A model generated the notes under the pieces. It did no database searches, had not been told where the DNA came from, and saw only the letters and a program-made list of their open reading frames with translations. The position numbers and the translations under genes are program-made. A stretch of 45,007 nt of DNA from a phage: NCBI GenBank assembly GCA_014469095.1, contig GCA_014469095.1_4330.1; one strand, given 5' to 3'. Positions 27,560-36,277 of this stretch are shown in pieces (positions within the stretch are counted from its first letter, which is position 1; every line of letters begins with the position of its first letter).

Positions 27560-27588
27560 TTGCACACCCCAATATAATAGCGTACTAT
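27560..27588 (+). promoter_or_regulatory. Sigma70-like promoter, type A (TTGCAC-N17-TACTAT) driving the rightward cassette
   Basis: TTGCAC-ACCCCAATATAATAGCG-TACTAT-TCAC. Confidence 0.6.
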
Positions 27589-27630
27589 TCACTTACACCA
27601 ACGATGTTATCTCAAATCAGGAGTTATGTT

Positions 27631-27822
27631 ATGACCGGTATCACTATGTTCTTCTTAATTATTTTTGTAGCCGTTTATTTTATCCCGTTTTTGGTGGCAC
27701 ATATGCGTAACCATAAAGCAAAGCTGGCGATATTCATGGCTAACTTATTTCTCGGGTGGATTCTGTTGCCGTGGGTATTCATTTTAATCTGGGCTTGCAA
27801 CTCGAACGTGAAAGAGAAGTAG
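27631..27822 (+). CDS. Superinfection-immunity-like small membrane protein (T4 Imm-like)
   Basis: ORF track 27604..27822; ATG at 27631 with SD CAGGAG; YFIPFLVAHMRNHKAKLAIFMANLFLGWILLPWVFILIWA matches the recalled Imm-family signature YF-P...R-H-N...NL-LGW...W..LIWA. Confidence 0.6.
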   Translation: MTGITMFFLIIFVAVYFIPFLVAHMRNHKAKLAIFMANLFLGWILLPWVFILIWACNSNVKEK

Positions 27823-27860
27823 GCTACTATAAGACAAATCCTAAACACGAGGAAGTAAGC

Positions 27861-28991
27861 ATGGCCCAGAAGAAAATAACCGACGAGCAATTACAGGAAG
27901 AATTGAACGCCGGGATGAAGAATATCGATATCGCCCGTAAATACGGAATCTCAGACCGCGTTATCCGAATACGTAAAGCTAAGCTGGCTAAGAAAGGCGT
28001 AGGCCACGGGCGGGACGTAAGCCACCTTGTACCAGACGGCTACAAGATTAAAGGCACGTCGTCTCTGGTGGACGAGTTCGGTAACACTAAGTTGCAGTGG
28101 GTTAAGACAGACACCGATGCCGAACGTCAGGTTGAGTTGATGAAAGCCGTAGTCGAAGGCATGAAGTCGGAGATTACTCCCGTTCCGCCAGTTAAGGCCG
28201 CCCGGACTAAACGTGACGACAAGCTGCTTAACCTGTACACCGTGTCTGATTTCCATCTCGGTATGTTAGCCTGGGCTGACGAGAGCGGCGACGACTGGGA
28301 TATGAAAATCGCGGAGGACTTATTCTCTCGTTGGTTTGATGCTGCGTTTCAGAAAGCACCGGATGCAGGTACGGGGGTTATTAATCTTCTTGGCGACTTA
28401 GCTCACTTCGATAGTCTTGACGCCGTTACACCGGCGAGTGGTCATGTCCTTGACGCCGACACGCGTTACCAGAAACTTGTCCGCTACATGATTCGCATGG
28501 TCCGCCGTGTTGTTGATATGGCTCTGGTTAAGCATAAAACTGTTCGCTTGCTTATAGTTCAGGGGAACCACGACGAATCCGGGATGATTTGGTTGGCTGA
28601 GATGTTCAGTACGCTGTACGACAATGAGCCGCGCGTGTTCGTCGATACGTCGCCGGATGTTTACAAGATGGTGCAACACGGCAAAACGACGCTGTTCTTC
28701 CATCACGGGCATAAAGCACGATTCGACGCTATCGAACCGGTTATGATTGCCAAGTTCCGTAAAGCGTTCGGCGAGAGTGTTTACAGCTACGCCCACGTAG
28801 GCCATCTGCACCACCAGAAGATTGTAGAAAGCCGTAACATGATTGTTGAGCAACACCGCACCTTAGCGGCTAAAGACGCCTACGCCTCTCGCGGCGGATG
28901 GATGTCGGGCCGCAGTGCAAATGTAATTACTTATAGCGCCGAATATGGCGAGGTCGCACGTTTAACTATTTCACCGGAGATGCTGGGATGA
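27861..28991 (+). CDS. HTH-fused calcineurin-like metallophosphoesterase (Mre11/SbcD-type motifs)
   Basis: ORF track 27756..28991; ATG at 27861 with SD GAGGAAG; N-terminal HTH-like NIDIARKYGISDRVIRIRKAKL; phosphoesterase motifs VSDFHLG, LLGDLAHFD, LIVQGNHDESG, FHHGH. Confidence 0.65.
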   Translation: MAQKKITDEQLQEELNAGMKNIDIARKYGISDRVIRIRKAKLAKKGVGHGRDVSHLVPDGYKIKGTSSLVDEFGNTKLQWVKTDTDAERQVELMKAVVEGMKSEITPVPPVKAARTKRDDKLLNLYTVSDFHLGMLAWADESGDDWDMKIAEDLFSRWFDAAFQKAPDAGTGVINLLGDLAHFDSLDAVTPASGHVLDADTRYQKLVRYMIRMVRRVVDMALVKHKTVRLLIVQGNHDESGMIWLAEMFSTLYDNEPRVFVDTSPDVYKMVQHGKTTLFFHHGHKARFDAIEPVMIAKFRKAFGESVYSYAHVGHLHHQKIVESRNMIVEQHRTLAAKDAYASRGGWMSGRSANVITYSAEYGEVARLTISPEMLG

Positions 28992-29476
28992 AAGATATTG
29001 TAATTTTCGATTTAGACGGGACATTGGCCGACGGTACCCATCGCTTACACCTGTTACCAAAAGATAACTACGGAGAAACGTGGGCGTGGAAGCCATTTAA
29101 CATGGCCTGCAAAGATGACGCTCCGATATACGACAATATCCATTTGTGTAGCGTACTGTGGCATTCCGGACTTACTATAATTATCCTTACCGGGCGAAGT
29201 GATGACGCTGAGGAGGAGACTCGCGAATGGTTACGAGAGAATAACGTTAGGTTTGACACGCTAATCATGCGCAGCAAACACGACAACAGAAAAGACATCG
29301 TAATTAAAGAAGAGGTGTTGCGTGCTTTCGGACTGGAAAGAATCTTGTGTGCGTTCGACGACTCTCCAGCGGTAATAAAGCATTTCCGTGACCTCGGCAT
29401 AACCGCACACGCAGTTACCGAATACGACTGTAACGGGAACTCTACACACTTAAAACCACACGGGAGCGATAAATAA
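28988..29476 (+). CDS. HAD-superfamily phosphatase resembling the T4 polynucleotide kinase 3-prime phosphatase domain
   Basis: ORF track; IVIFDLDGTLADG (DxDGT), IILTGRSDD and RKDIVIKEE, recalled as close to the T4 Pnk C-terminal domain (VIFDVDGTLA, VVVSGRESG, RKDDVVKEE). Confidence 0.65.
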   Translation: MKDIVIFDLDGTLADGTHRLHLLPKDNYGETWAWKPFNMACKDDAPIYDNIHLCSVLWHSGLTIIILTGRSDDAEEETREWLRENNVRFDTLIMRSKHDNRKDIVIKEEVLRAFGLERILCAFDDSPAVIKHFRDLGITAHAVTEYDCNGNSTHLKPHGSDK

Positions 29477-30030
29477 TGGCTAAGGTAATTATTCTTAATG
29501 GCCCTGCGGGTTGCGGGAAAGACACGCTTGCTATGGCGCTGGTAGAAATGGGCTTTGCGAAAGGAACTACCAGTTTCAAGAATCCAATGTTCAATATTGC
29601 TTTGGCAGCGTTAGGCCAGGATGCTTACCACGAATTTCTCGACGGCTACGACGACCGGGCGCGGAAAGAAAAACCCGAGGGTTTTCTTAATGGGTTGTCC
29701 CGCCGCCGGTTAATGATTGCCATTTCTGAGCAATTCATTAAACCGGTATTCGGCGATGATTATTTCGGTAAGTATCTTGCTGAAAACTTGCCTGACGGCG
29801 ACGAAGTTTTTGTAGTGTCCGATGGTGGATTCGCCAGTGAAGTTGCCCCTATCGTCGCCGCGGGGCATGACGTGCGAATCGTCCGCCTCCATCGTGACGG
29901 CTATACGTTCATCTGCGATAGCCGTGGCTATCTGTACGATGTTAGTGGTGTAAAAGATTACGACACCTACATCATACCGGGTGACGTTAAATCGAACGTT
30001 ATAGACATTGCTTTAAAATTAGGTTTGTAA
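29476..30030 (+). CDS. P-loop kinase, dNMP-kinase-like (T4 gene 1 type); polynucleotide kinase is the alternative
   Basis: ORF track; P-loop GPAGCGKDT (the GKDT variant recalled for phage dNMP kinases), SRRRLMIAI; start overlaps the phosphatase stop by 1 nt. Confidence 0.55.
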   Translation: MAKVIILNGPAGCGKDTLAMALVEMGFAKGTTSFKNPMFNIALAALGQDAYHEFLDGYDDRARKEKPEGFLNGLSRRRLMIAISEQFIKPVFGDDYFGKYLAENLPDGDEVFVVSDGGFASEVAPIVAAGHDVRIVRLHRDGYTFICDSRGYLYDVSGVKDYDTYIIPGDVKSNVIDIALKLGL

Positions 30031-30034
30031 GAAA

Positions 30035-30061
30035 AAGGCCCCGAAAGGGGCCTTAGTTTTA
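30035..30061. terminator. Bidirectional intrinsic terminator (AAGGCCCC-N4-GGGGCCTT family)
   Basis: AAGGCCCC-GAAA-GGGGCCTT then AGTTTTA. Confidence 0.75.
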
Positions 30062-31231
30062 TGCGTAGGTGATACGTTGAATTACGATAGACGACTGGTA
30101 CTGATTGCCGGTAGCCTGGCCTTCAATGGACTGAGTGATTGACTCAGGCCCACCAATCTCAGGTGTAACCGCCGTAAGCTCTGCACGTTTCAAACTGAAA
30201 GACATAGCCCCGTTTACCCCTGCCAGAATAGAGTTAATCTCTACATGCTGCTCGTTGATAAACTTCTGAATCATCGCCATGTCGTACAGCTTGCCAGAGA
30301 TAGAGAATGTGTTAGCTGCGCGTCCACGTTCGACGAACGCCACGCTACTGTTACCGAGTTCGAACTGCGCGGAAGCTCCGTTGTCGTTGGTGATGGTGAG
30401 AGTATCGCAACGCAACGGCGTGGAGCCATCGAACACCGACACATCTACCGACGAGAACGGCTCATCGGTGAACGTAACCTGAGAGAAATCAGAGCCAGAC
30501 GGCGGCGCGGTAAGAATCTCCTGACTCAGGCCGATGAACGGGAAGCTGCCGGTGACCATGGCGTTAACCGCCTGCTCTACGGTAAAGCCAGAGATTTCCA
30601 CACCTTTGGTCAGCATGTACGCGTCCGGGTTACCACACTGGCCCTTGAACCACGTCAGGATGGAGAACGTCTTACACGCGTTACCGGTTTCCAGCTTGTC
30701 GCCAGTTTTTGCGTCAGTGGTTACTGTCTCTACTGTCAGCGTGTGCTGAATACCTGCGCCCGTAACTACCAGAGCGGAAACCGCGGTCACGATAAACGGT
30801 TTTGCGTTGTCGCCGGTTAAGTCGGTGAACGCAATAAGGTCGCCAACTTCTACACCGTCAGTAATGAAGCTACCGGCAGCGCGGGTGAATGTTTTACCTG
30901 CTGGGGCGACCGTAATTTCGGCGCCAGTAATCTCTACCCCAGCTTGCCACGTAGAAGTCATCGCTCCCGCAAGGAAATCATCCTGGCTACGAGAGCTAAG
31001 TTCGATGGCGTACTCCCCGCTAACCTGTTTGTTACCGGTTCGGATGGATGTAGTTTCACGGCTGCCGTCCAGTTCGTTGGAAGTCAGTGCATCGCGGGTT
31101 ACAGCGGGAACGCCGCCCGTGTTACGCAACGGCGACCATACCGGGTTAGTCGGTGTTACGCCAAAGGTATTTTCCGCCACATAGAATTGCGCGGTATTCG
31201 CGCCCTTAAAAGGAGTTGTAGCCATATTCAC
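30059..31231 (-). CDS. Major tail (tube) protein
   Basis: ORF track; 390 aa, Thr/Gly/Ser-rich, positioned between the tail completion genes and the chaperones. Confidence 0.6.
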   Translation of the reverse strand: MNMATTPFKGANTAQFYVAENTFGVTPTNPVWSPLRNTGGVPAVTRDALTSNELDGSRETTSIRTGNKQVSGEYAIELSSRSQDDFLAGAMTSTWQAGVEITGAEITVAPAGKTFTRAAGSFITDGVEVGDLIAFTDLTGDNAKPFIVTAVSALVVTGAGIQHTLTVETVTTDAKTGDKLETGNACKTFSILTWFKGQCGNPDAYMLTKGVEISGFTVEQAVNAMVTGSFPFIGLSQEILTAPPSGSDFSQVTFTDEPFSSVDVSVFDGSTPLRCDTLTITNDNGASAQFELGNSSVAFVERGRAANTFSISGKLYDMAMIQKFINEQHVEINSILAGVNGAMSFSLKRAELTAVTPEIGGPESITQSIEGQATGNQYQSSIVIQRITYA

Positions 31232-31644
31232 AGCCTCTTGGTGAATGCAATAAAGTTAATTGACAATGGTCGTTTGGCCCATCCGTTTTCTACAATCAGC
31301 GGCCCCAGGCTAACCGATTGAACCTCGGCGCAGATGTCGTTACGCGAAAATGCCTTACCTGATTTAAACGCCGTGTTAAGTAAGTCTGCCATTTTATTGA
31401 TTGGCGCGCTACCTTTCACCGATGCGTAGTTAATGTCTATCTGATAGACACCGGCGCGTTGTTCCGTGAAGAATAAGTCAGCCTGCTCGGTATCCGCCAG
31501 CAACATGTAACTTGCCAGATACGGCGTATCTGTTGACGTCGGCGCGTCGATGTTTTCAAGCGCTACCTTGATGCCGTTGGTGGTTCCGAAGGCTACCAGC
31601 GGCACATCAAACGCTTTTGTTAAGTCCTCAAAGTAGCCCATCAT
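31228..31644 (-). CDS. Tail completion / tail terminator-like protein
   Basis: ORF track; position only. Confidence 0.45.
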   Translation of the reverse strand: MMGYFEDLTKAFDVPLVAFGTTNGIKVALENIDAPTSTDTPYLASYMLLADTEQADLFFTEQRAGVYQIDINYASVKGSAPINKMADLLNTAFKSGKAFSRNDICAEVQSVSLGPLIVENGWAKRPLSINFIAFTKRL

Positions 31645-32036
31645 CTCACCTTGCTAGCTTCTTCGTTAATGAGTTGCTGGAAGCGGGACACGTTAGTCCT
31701 GACGAATCCTTGCGGGGCCTGTTGCGACCAGCCATACTCCAGCCGTTGTGCATACGGCAGGTTATTTGTCAGCGTGAACTCATGCCAGTCGGTGGCTTTC
31801 AGCACGAAACTTGTAGCGTTTCCGGTTGCTGTGTTTCCTGATTTATCCGTAGCATCCGTAATCCCGGAAGCAGGAGTACCGCCAGATGCCATCCAGTTCA
31901 TGCGAAACCGACCAGTATCTACCGGACTCGCCTTTATAATAGCGGAAAACAGCTTGATAGACACCTGACGCATCACCTTCTCAGGGTTCTTCTTCGCCTT
32001 TTCCACGAACTTAGAGACGTCCAGCGCGAAACTCAT
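31641..32036 (-). CDS. Neck protein, HK97 gp10-like
   Basis: ORF track; SPVDTGRFRMNW resembles the recalled gp10-family motif. Confidence 0.5.
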   Translation of the reverse strand: MSFALDVSKFVEKAKKNPEKVMRQVSIKLFSAIIKASPVDTGRFRMNWMASGGTPASGITDATDKSGNTATGNATSFVLKATDWHEFTLTNNLPYAQRLEYGWSQQAPQGFVRTNVSRFQQLINEEASKVR

Positions 32037-32392
32037 TTTCTCACCTGAATAAAGTAGGCCACAACATCATCGTTAACCACCTTCTTCTCAATGGCTACGA
32101 CGGACCATTGCTCGCCGCCGAATTGCACTTTGTCTTCCATCTTAGGAACGACGCTGTAATCGGCTTTAACAATCATGTCACCAGCCTGAATCGTCGTACC
32201 GTTCACCAGACCCGCATTAACAGGAACCGGAACGGCCTTCAACGGCAACACTTCGTCCGCAGACCAGACGTACTCACCGAGAACTTCATCCCACACTTTC
32301 GAGCCAGCGCGAATCAGAGATACCGTGCTACCGAATTTGGTTAACAGGCGTGTACCTACGCCTTGCATACGTTTACTGAAAGCTGTGCTCAT
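32033..32392 (-). CDS. Head closure / head-tail joining protein
   Basis: ORF track 32033..32446; ATG at 32392 overlaps the upstream stop; position only. Confidence 0.45.
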   Translation of the reverse strand: MSTAFSKRMQGVGTRLLTKFGSTVSLIRAGSKVWDEVLGEYVWSADEVLPLKAVPVPVNAGLVNGTTIQAGDMIVKADYSVVPKMEDKVQFGGEQWSVVAIEKKVVNDDVVAYFIQVRK

Positions 32393-33006
32393 CAGGCGGC
32401 CTCCAGTCTCGAAATAACCAGTAGCGCGGACGGTGCCGTGCCCCATGCAGTTACAGTAGCCACCTGCGGGTATACGCCTCCGAAGTTAGTCCCGGCGCTA
32501 TCTCGCATAATCTGAACGGCGAATGTTTGCCCGGCGGTTGGGTTAATCACTACACGGGATTCAATCGGGATTGTGGTGTCCGCGCTTACCAGTTTCGTGG
32601 CGGCTGGCGAGCCGTACTGAGCGCCGTTTACTAAAATACGTGATAGCAGGATTGACGTTCCGCTGGCCCCGGTGCGTCCCGCTTGTAACTTGATGCGAAC
32701 GGCGTAGTTACCCGCGGTGTTGAATGTAACCAGCCCCGCAGCATTAATCATTACCGGGTCAGATGCACTACCCTGAGCAGAGCCGAACGATACCCGCAAC
32801 GCCGTATCTACTGCGGTAGGCGCTTGCGCTACTGTCGACGCAGCGCGGAGAACTTCAACCTCTTTAACACCCGGAGTGGCGTAAATAGGTGAGTCAGCCA
32901 TCTGGGTTAATACCCCGCGCAACTTCGCAGGCGTAATAAGTCCGGTCGTGTTGTCCGGTAGCTCGGAACCGATTAGCGTGAATATCTCTGATTTAGTCTT
33001 CGCCAT
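32392..33006 (-). CDS. Structural protein, 204 aa
   Basis: ORF track; Ala/Thr/Gly-rich; position only. Confidence 0.45.
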   Translation of the reverse strand: MAKTKSEIFTLIGSELPDNTTGLITPAKLRGVLTQMADSPIYATPGVKEVEVLRAASTVAQAPTAVDTALRVSFGSAQGSASDPVMINAAGLVTFNTAGNYAVRIKLQAGRTGASGTSILLSRILVNGAQYGSPAATKLVSADTTIPIESRVVINPTAGQTFAVQIMRDSAGTNFGGVYPQVATVTAWGTAPSALLVISRLEAA

Positions 33007-33008
33007 TT

Positions 33009-33521
33009 TTAACCCCGGTACACGTTAAACGAGAAACCATTGTTAAGACCGCCACACAATAACGGGCGTAAAGCGTCGTCAGCAGCGGTAATCGCGGTCG
33101 TAGCGCCACTGTTGCCATTGTTGAAGTAGGTCACTGTTACCGCACCCTCGACACGCTCAGTCTGCACGGCGCGACCGTCTGAGTTAGCCCGGACTTCGGT
33201 GCCCTCGCCATATGTAGCGGCAGCGATTACCTGCGCAAGAATCACCTGTTTCGGAATGGCGTTGTTGACCACCGGGAACCCGTTTAACGTAACGCCGGTG
33301 CGGGGGTATGCAAGAGACTGTTCGGCGGATACTCGACGACCGCACATCTGCGGTTCTGCAAGCCCTACATAAGTAGCACCGTTGCGTAAGGCCACCTCTG
33401 CTGCGGTATCGTCTTCCGGCAGCTCAAGGCCATAATTAGCCGCTAACGCGCGGGCGTCAGCCAGACTAATGTAACTGTCGGCATTTGGGACGATCACCCC
33501 AGTTTCCACGATTAGCGGCAT
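33009..33521 (-). CDS. Head-tail connector (adaptor) protein, gp6-like
   Basis: ORF track; N-terminus YISLADARALAANYGLELPEDD is typical of head-tail adaptor proteins. Confidence 0.55.
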   Translation of the reverse strand: MPLIVETGVIVPNADSYISLADARALAANYGLELPEDDTAAEVALRNGATYVGLAEPQMCGRRVSAEQSLAYPRTGVTLNGFPVVNNAIPKQVILAQVIAAATYGEGTEVRANSDGRAVQTERVEGAVTVTYFNNGNSGATTAITAADDALRPLLCGGLNNGFSFNVYRG

Positions 33522-33524
33522 AAA

Positions 33525-33704
33525 TTATTCCTCTGACTTACGGCGACGACGCTTAGTACCACCGCCGTTGTTGTGCGCTTCTTCATTGTCTGGTTGGGTT
33601 GCAACCAGTTCATCCGCTTCTACCACACCGCGAACAGGCATCACCTGTCCGTCAACGATATCAACGTGGGTATACTTTTCGCGGATTACGTAATTATCTG
33701 CCAT
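33525..33704 (-). CDS. Small ORF, 59 aa, basic C-terminus
   Basis: Absent from the track; ATG preceded by AAGGAAAGG just downstream of a GC hairpin. Confidence 0.35.
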   Translation of the reverse strand: MADNYVIREKYTHVDIVDGQVMPVRGVVEADELVATQPDNEEAHNNGGGTKRRRRKSEE

Positions 33705-33740
33705 GACCTTTCCTTATTACGGCCCCGAAGGGCCGTTGTA

Positions 33741-34091
33741 TTAAGACACAGTTGCTACGGTGCTGCTGGAGATAATATTACCATACACATCGTGAACAAC
33801 CACTTTATACGTGCCTGAATCTGCGGTAGTAGTGGACGCCTTCGCATAGGTAGCTGCGGTGGCCCCGTCGATGGCGTTGTTATCTTTGTACCACTGGTAG
33901 GAATACGGCTCCAGACCGCCAGTTACCTCTACGGTAAGAGTCATAGTCTGCCCCACCGTAACTGCGGTGGTAGCCGCAAGCGCGGCAGAAAAAGACGCTG
34001 GCGAGATATTCGCCATATCGATTTCAACCTGACCATCGGCAGGAGAATCATCAGAAACACCGGTAATACGACGTTTGATTACATCAACCAT
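33741..34091 (-). CDS. Ig-like domain protein (head decoration / fibre-like)
   Basis: ORF track; YQWYKDN...ADSGTYKVVV is an Ig-like motif common in phage decoration proteins. Confidence 0.55.
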   Translation of the reverse strand: MVDVIKRRITGVSDDSPADGQVEIDMANISPASFSAALAATTAVTVGQTMTLTVEVTGGLEPYSYQWYKDNNAIDGATAATYAKASTTTADSGTYKVVVHDVYGNIISSSTVATVS

Positions 34092-34103
34092 TTTTAAGCT
34101 CCT

Positions 34104-34403
34104 TTAGCTTACGGTTCCTGCGTTTTTAAGCGCAGTCAACAGATTTGCTACGGTAGTGCGCAGCGCGGTAACATCGGTTCGGAGTTTGTTGTACTCCGCT
34201 ACAAGGGCGTCGAACTCTTCCTTAGTCGGTGCCGCGGCGGACTGCGCTCCTTTACCAGCGGTAACCGCCGCAGGTGCGGCTACAGTAGCTGACTTTTTAA
34301 CCCCACCAACTACGCTGGTAGTAGCAGGCGTGACTGGGATATCAAAGTCGCCGAAATCGACATTCTGAAGGCTGCGCGGCAAGCCTTTTCCGGTCTTGAC
34401 CAT
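34104..34403 (-). CDS. Hypothetical structural protein, 99 aa
   Basis: ORF track; directly downstream of the major capsid gene. Confidence 0.5.
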   Translation of the reverse strand: MVKTGKGLPRSLQNVDFGDFDIPVTPATTSVVGGVKKSATVAAPAAVTAGKGAQSAAAPTKEEFDALVAEYNKLRTDVTALRTTVANLLTALKNAGTVS

Positions 34404-34427
34404 AATTTACCTCTTAGTAAATGAAAA

Positions 34428-34445
34428 GAGGGACCGAAGTCCCTC
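34428..34445 (-). terminator. Hairpin attenuator/terminator after the major capsid gene
   Basis: GAGGGAC-CGAA-GTCCCTC followed on the minus strand by TTTTCATTT. Confidence 0.5.
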
Positions 34446-34462
34446 TCGATTATAGCTTAACC

Positions 34463-35512
34463 TTAAGCACCGACACCAGTTACCAGGAAGGCAATCGGTA
34501 CGTGCTTACGGTCAACAACACGGCTCCAGTTAGAGGCGTTCGCCAGGTCCTGCCAGGAAGCAGAACGTGCGACAGTCTCGGTGCCGTTACCGGTGATTAC
34601 TGCGCTGGTGAAGCTGTAACCAAACGGATGTAGCAACCAGGTCTTACGGGTCCACAGGGTTTCAACGCCGCCGCCGTTGCCGCGGGACGCTTCGCGCTCG
34701 TATTCCAGCGGGTTGGACGGAGAACCTTCACCGTAACCGATAGCGCCGTTGCCGAAGATGATGGAGATGAACTTACGGGTCGGGCCAGTGCCGACTACGG
34801 TCATGCTGTCGTCAACAATCACGCGGTAGCCCTGGTAGGTGGCGAACATGGTGTTGTTGTCCGCGTCACGGATGAAGTCGATAAGCTGCTGCTTACGTGC
34901 CTGCGCATAAACGAAGCTATGCATCGCGATAGCCCCCAGCACTTCACCGCCGTTGCCCATCAGAGCATCGCCCATAGTCTGGGTAGCGTCGATGAACGCG
35001 CCCACATCGAAGCCCAGAGTAGCAGACACGTCGATAACCATGTCGTTCTGCTCGTGGTAAGCATCGGTAGCAGCTACGTTGTCGTTGTACAGACCGAGCG
35101 CGGTAGCAATCAGACGGCGTTGTGCCTGGCGCTGCCAGAAGTTATCCAGACGGGACGCTACGGATTGCAGCGGGTTCTGGCGGGTCAGTTCGACAGTCAA
35201 ATCCGCCTGACCGAAACCTTCGTTCAGGTATGCAACGCGGGCCATCATCTCGCCGGTCTGCACGTTACGCGGGGTGGCGATGTCCTGGTATACGTCGTTC
35301 GAGTAGTTCGGCTCGATAGAGGTATCAATCGCTTTCCAGAAAGGAATATTAGCGACGTTGGACGGGCCGCGGGCAATCTCGGCGGCGTATGGGGTCGGGG
35401 TCAGAATACCAGACTGGAAGAACGCGGTTTTTTCTACCGGGTCCTCGGTCATATAAGACGCCAGGACCGGGATGTTGCCAGTTACGATATCGCCGATAGT
35501 GGTAATTGCCAT
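34463..35512 (-). CDS. Major capsid protein
   Basis: ORF track; 349 aa, immediately downstream of the scaffold gene, followed by a terminator hairpin. Confidence 0.8.
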   Translation of the reverse strand: MAITTIGDIVTGNIPVLASYMTEDPVEKTAFFQSGILTPTPYAAEIARGPSNVANIPFWKAIDTSIEPNYSNDVYQDIATPRNVQTGEMMARVAYLNEGFGQADLTVELTRQNPLQSVASRLDNFWQRQAQRRLIATALGLYNDNVAATDAYHEQNDMVIDVSATLGFDVGAFIDATQTMGDALMGNGGEVLGAIAMHSFVYAQARKQQLIDFIRDADNNTMFATYQGYRVIVDDSMTVVGTGPTRKFISIIFGNGAIGYGEGSPSNPLEYEREASRGNGGGVETLWTRKTWLLHPFGYSFTSAVITGNGTETVARSASWQDLANASNWSRVVDRKHVPIAFLVTGVGA

Positions 35513-35514
35513 TA

Positions 35515-36216
35515 TTATTTCCTCAGGGCTTTAAGTTGCCGTTCAAATTCGGCAGGGTTCGATTTATACAGGGCTAAACGCTCTGCTTCACTCATGTCTT
35601 TAAACGCTGGTGCGGCCCCGCCGCCTTTGCTACCGGAAGCCCCGCCGCCGGAAGCTGCATTTGCTTTGATCAAATGCGAAAACGCCTTGTGTTCGCGCAG
35701 GTATTTGCGGAACTGTTCCGGGTCAGTCGTGATTACGTTACCGTCTGCACCAACAAACTTAGTAACCACATCATCGCCTTCGAACTCAGTCTTAACGAAC
35801 GGCGCAAGAATGTCCACTGCTTCCGGGGTAATAAAGTCACCCGCGAAAGAGCCTAGCACCGCTTTACGTTCGCTGCCGAGGATACGCTCTGCCATTCTGG
35901 AGATGCGACCGTCTTTCTCGGCTAACACCGGGTCATACTGGCTACGAATCGTCTTTTCGAACTCGTCCATCTTACCAGCGGCTTTTAACGCCTCCTGGTG
36001 CGCGCGCTGCCGTTCTTCTTCGGCCTCTTTTGCTTTGCGAGCGGCTTCTTTCTTCTCCGCCAACAATGCTTCCTGATTAGCCTTAAGCCCAGCAACTTCT
36101 TTCTCAATCAGCGCCTGAACTTCTTCAGCGGTGAACATTTTCGGCGCGTCACCGCCACCAGCTTTATCTTCTGCCCCAGCTTCTTCCTGGAACGGATAAC
36201 GTAAAAAACGATTCAT
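35515..36216 (-). CDS. Scaffolding protein
   Basis: ORF track 35515..36270; ATG at 36216; Ala/Glu/Lys-rich coiled coil directly upstream of the capsid gene. Confidence 0.65.
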   Translation of the reverse strand: MNRFLRYPFQEEAGAEDKAGGGDAPKMFTAEEVQALIEKEVAGLKANQEALLAEKKEAARKAKEAEEERQRAHQEALKAAGKMDEFEKTIRSQYDPVLAEKDGRISRMAERILGSERKAVLGSFAGDFITPEAVDILAPFVKTEFEGDDVVTKFVGADGNVITTDPEQFRKYLREHKAFSHLIKANAASGGGASGSKGGGAAPAFKDMSEAERLALYKSNPAEFERQLKALRK

Positions 36217-36277
36217 AGTCAGTATGTCCCCTGGACGTTGGAACCCGGGCCACCCGGATTTACATGTCAAGAATAAA

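Noticed and set aside
34919-36076. 385-aa rightward ORF, and similar long ORFs at 25690..26277, 30245..30820, 21120..21785, 24493..24960, 10297..10863 and 6701..7057
   Set aside because: All lie antisense to genes with strong motif or positional support (capsid/scaffold, tape measure, major tail, tail tip, nuclease, primase) and have Ser/Ala/Arg-rich low-complexity translations; treated as shadow ORFs
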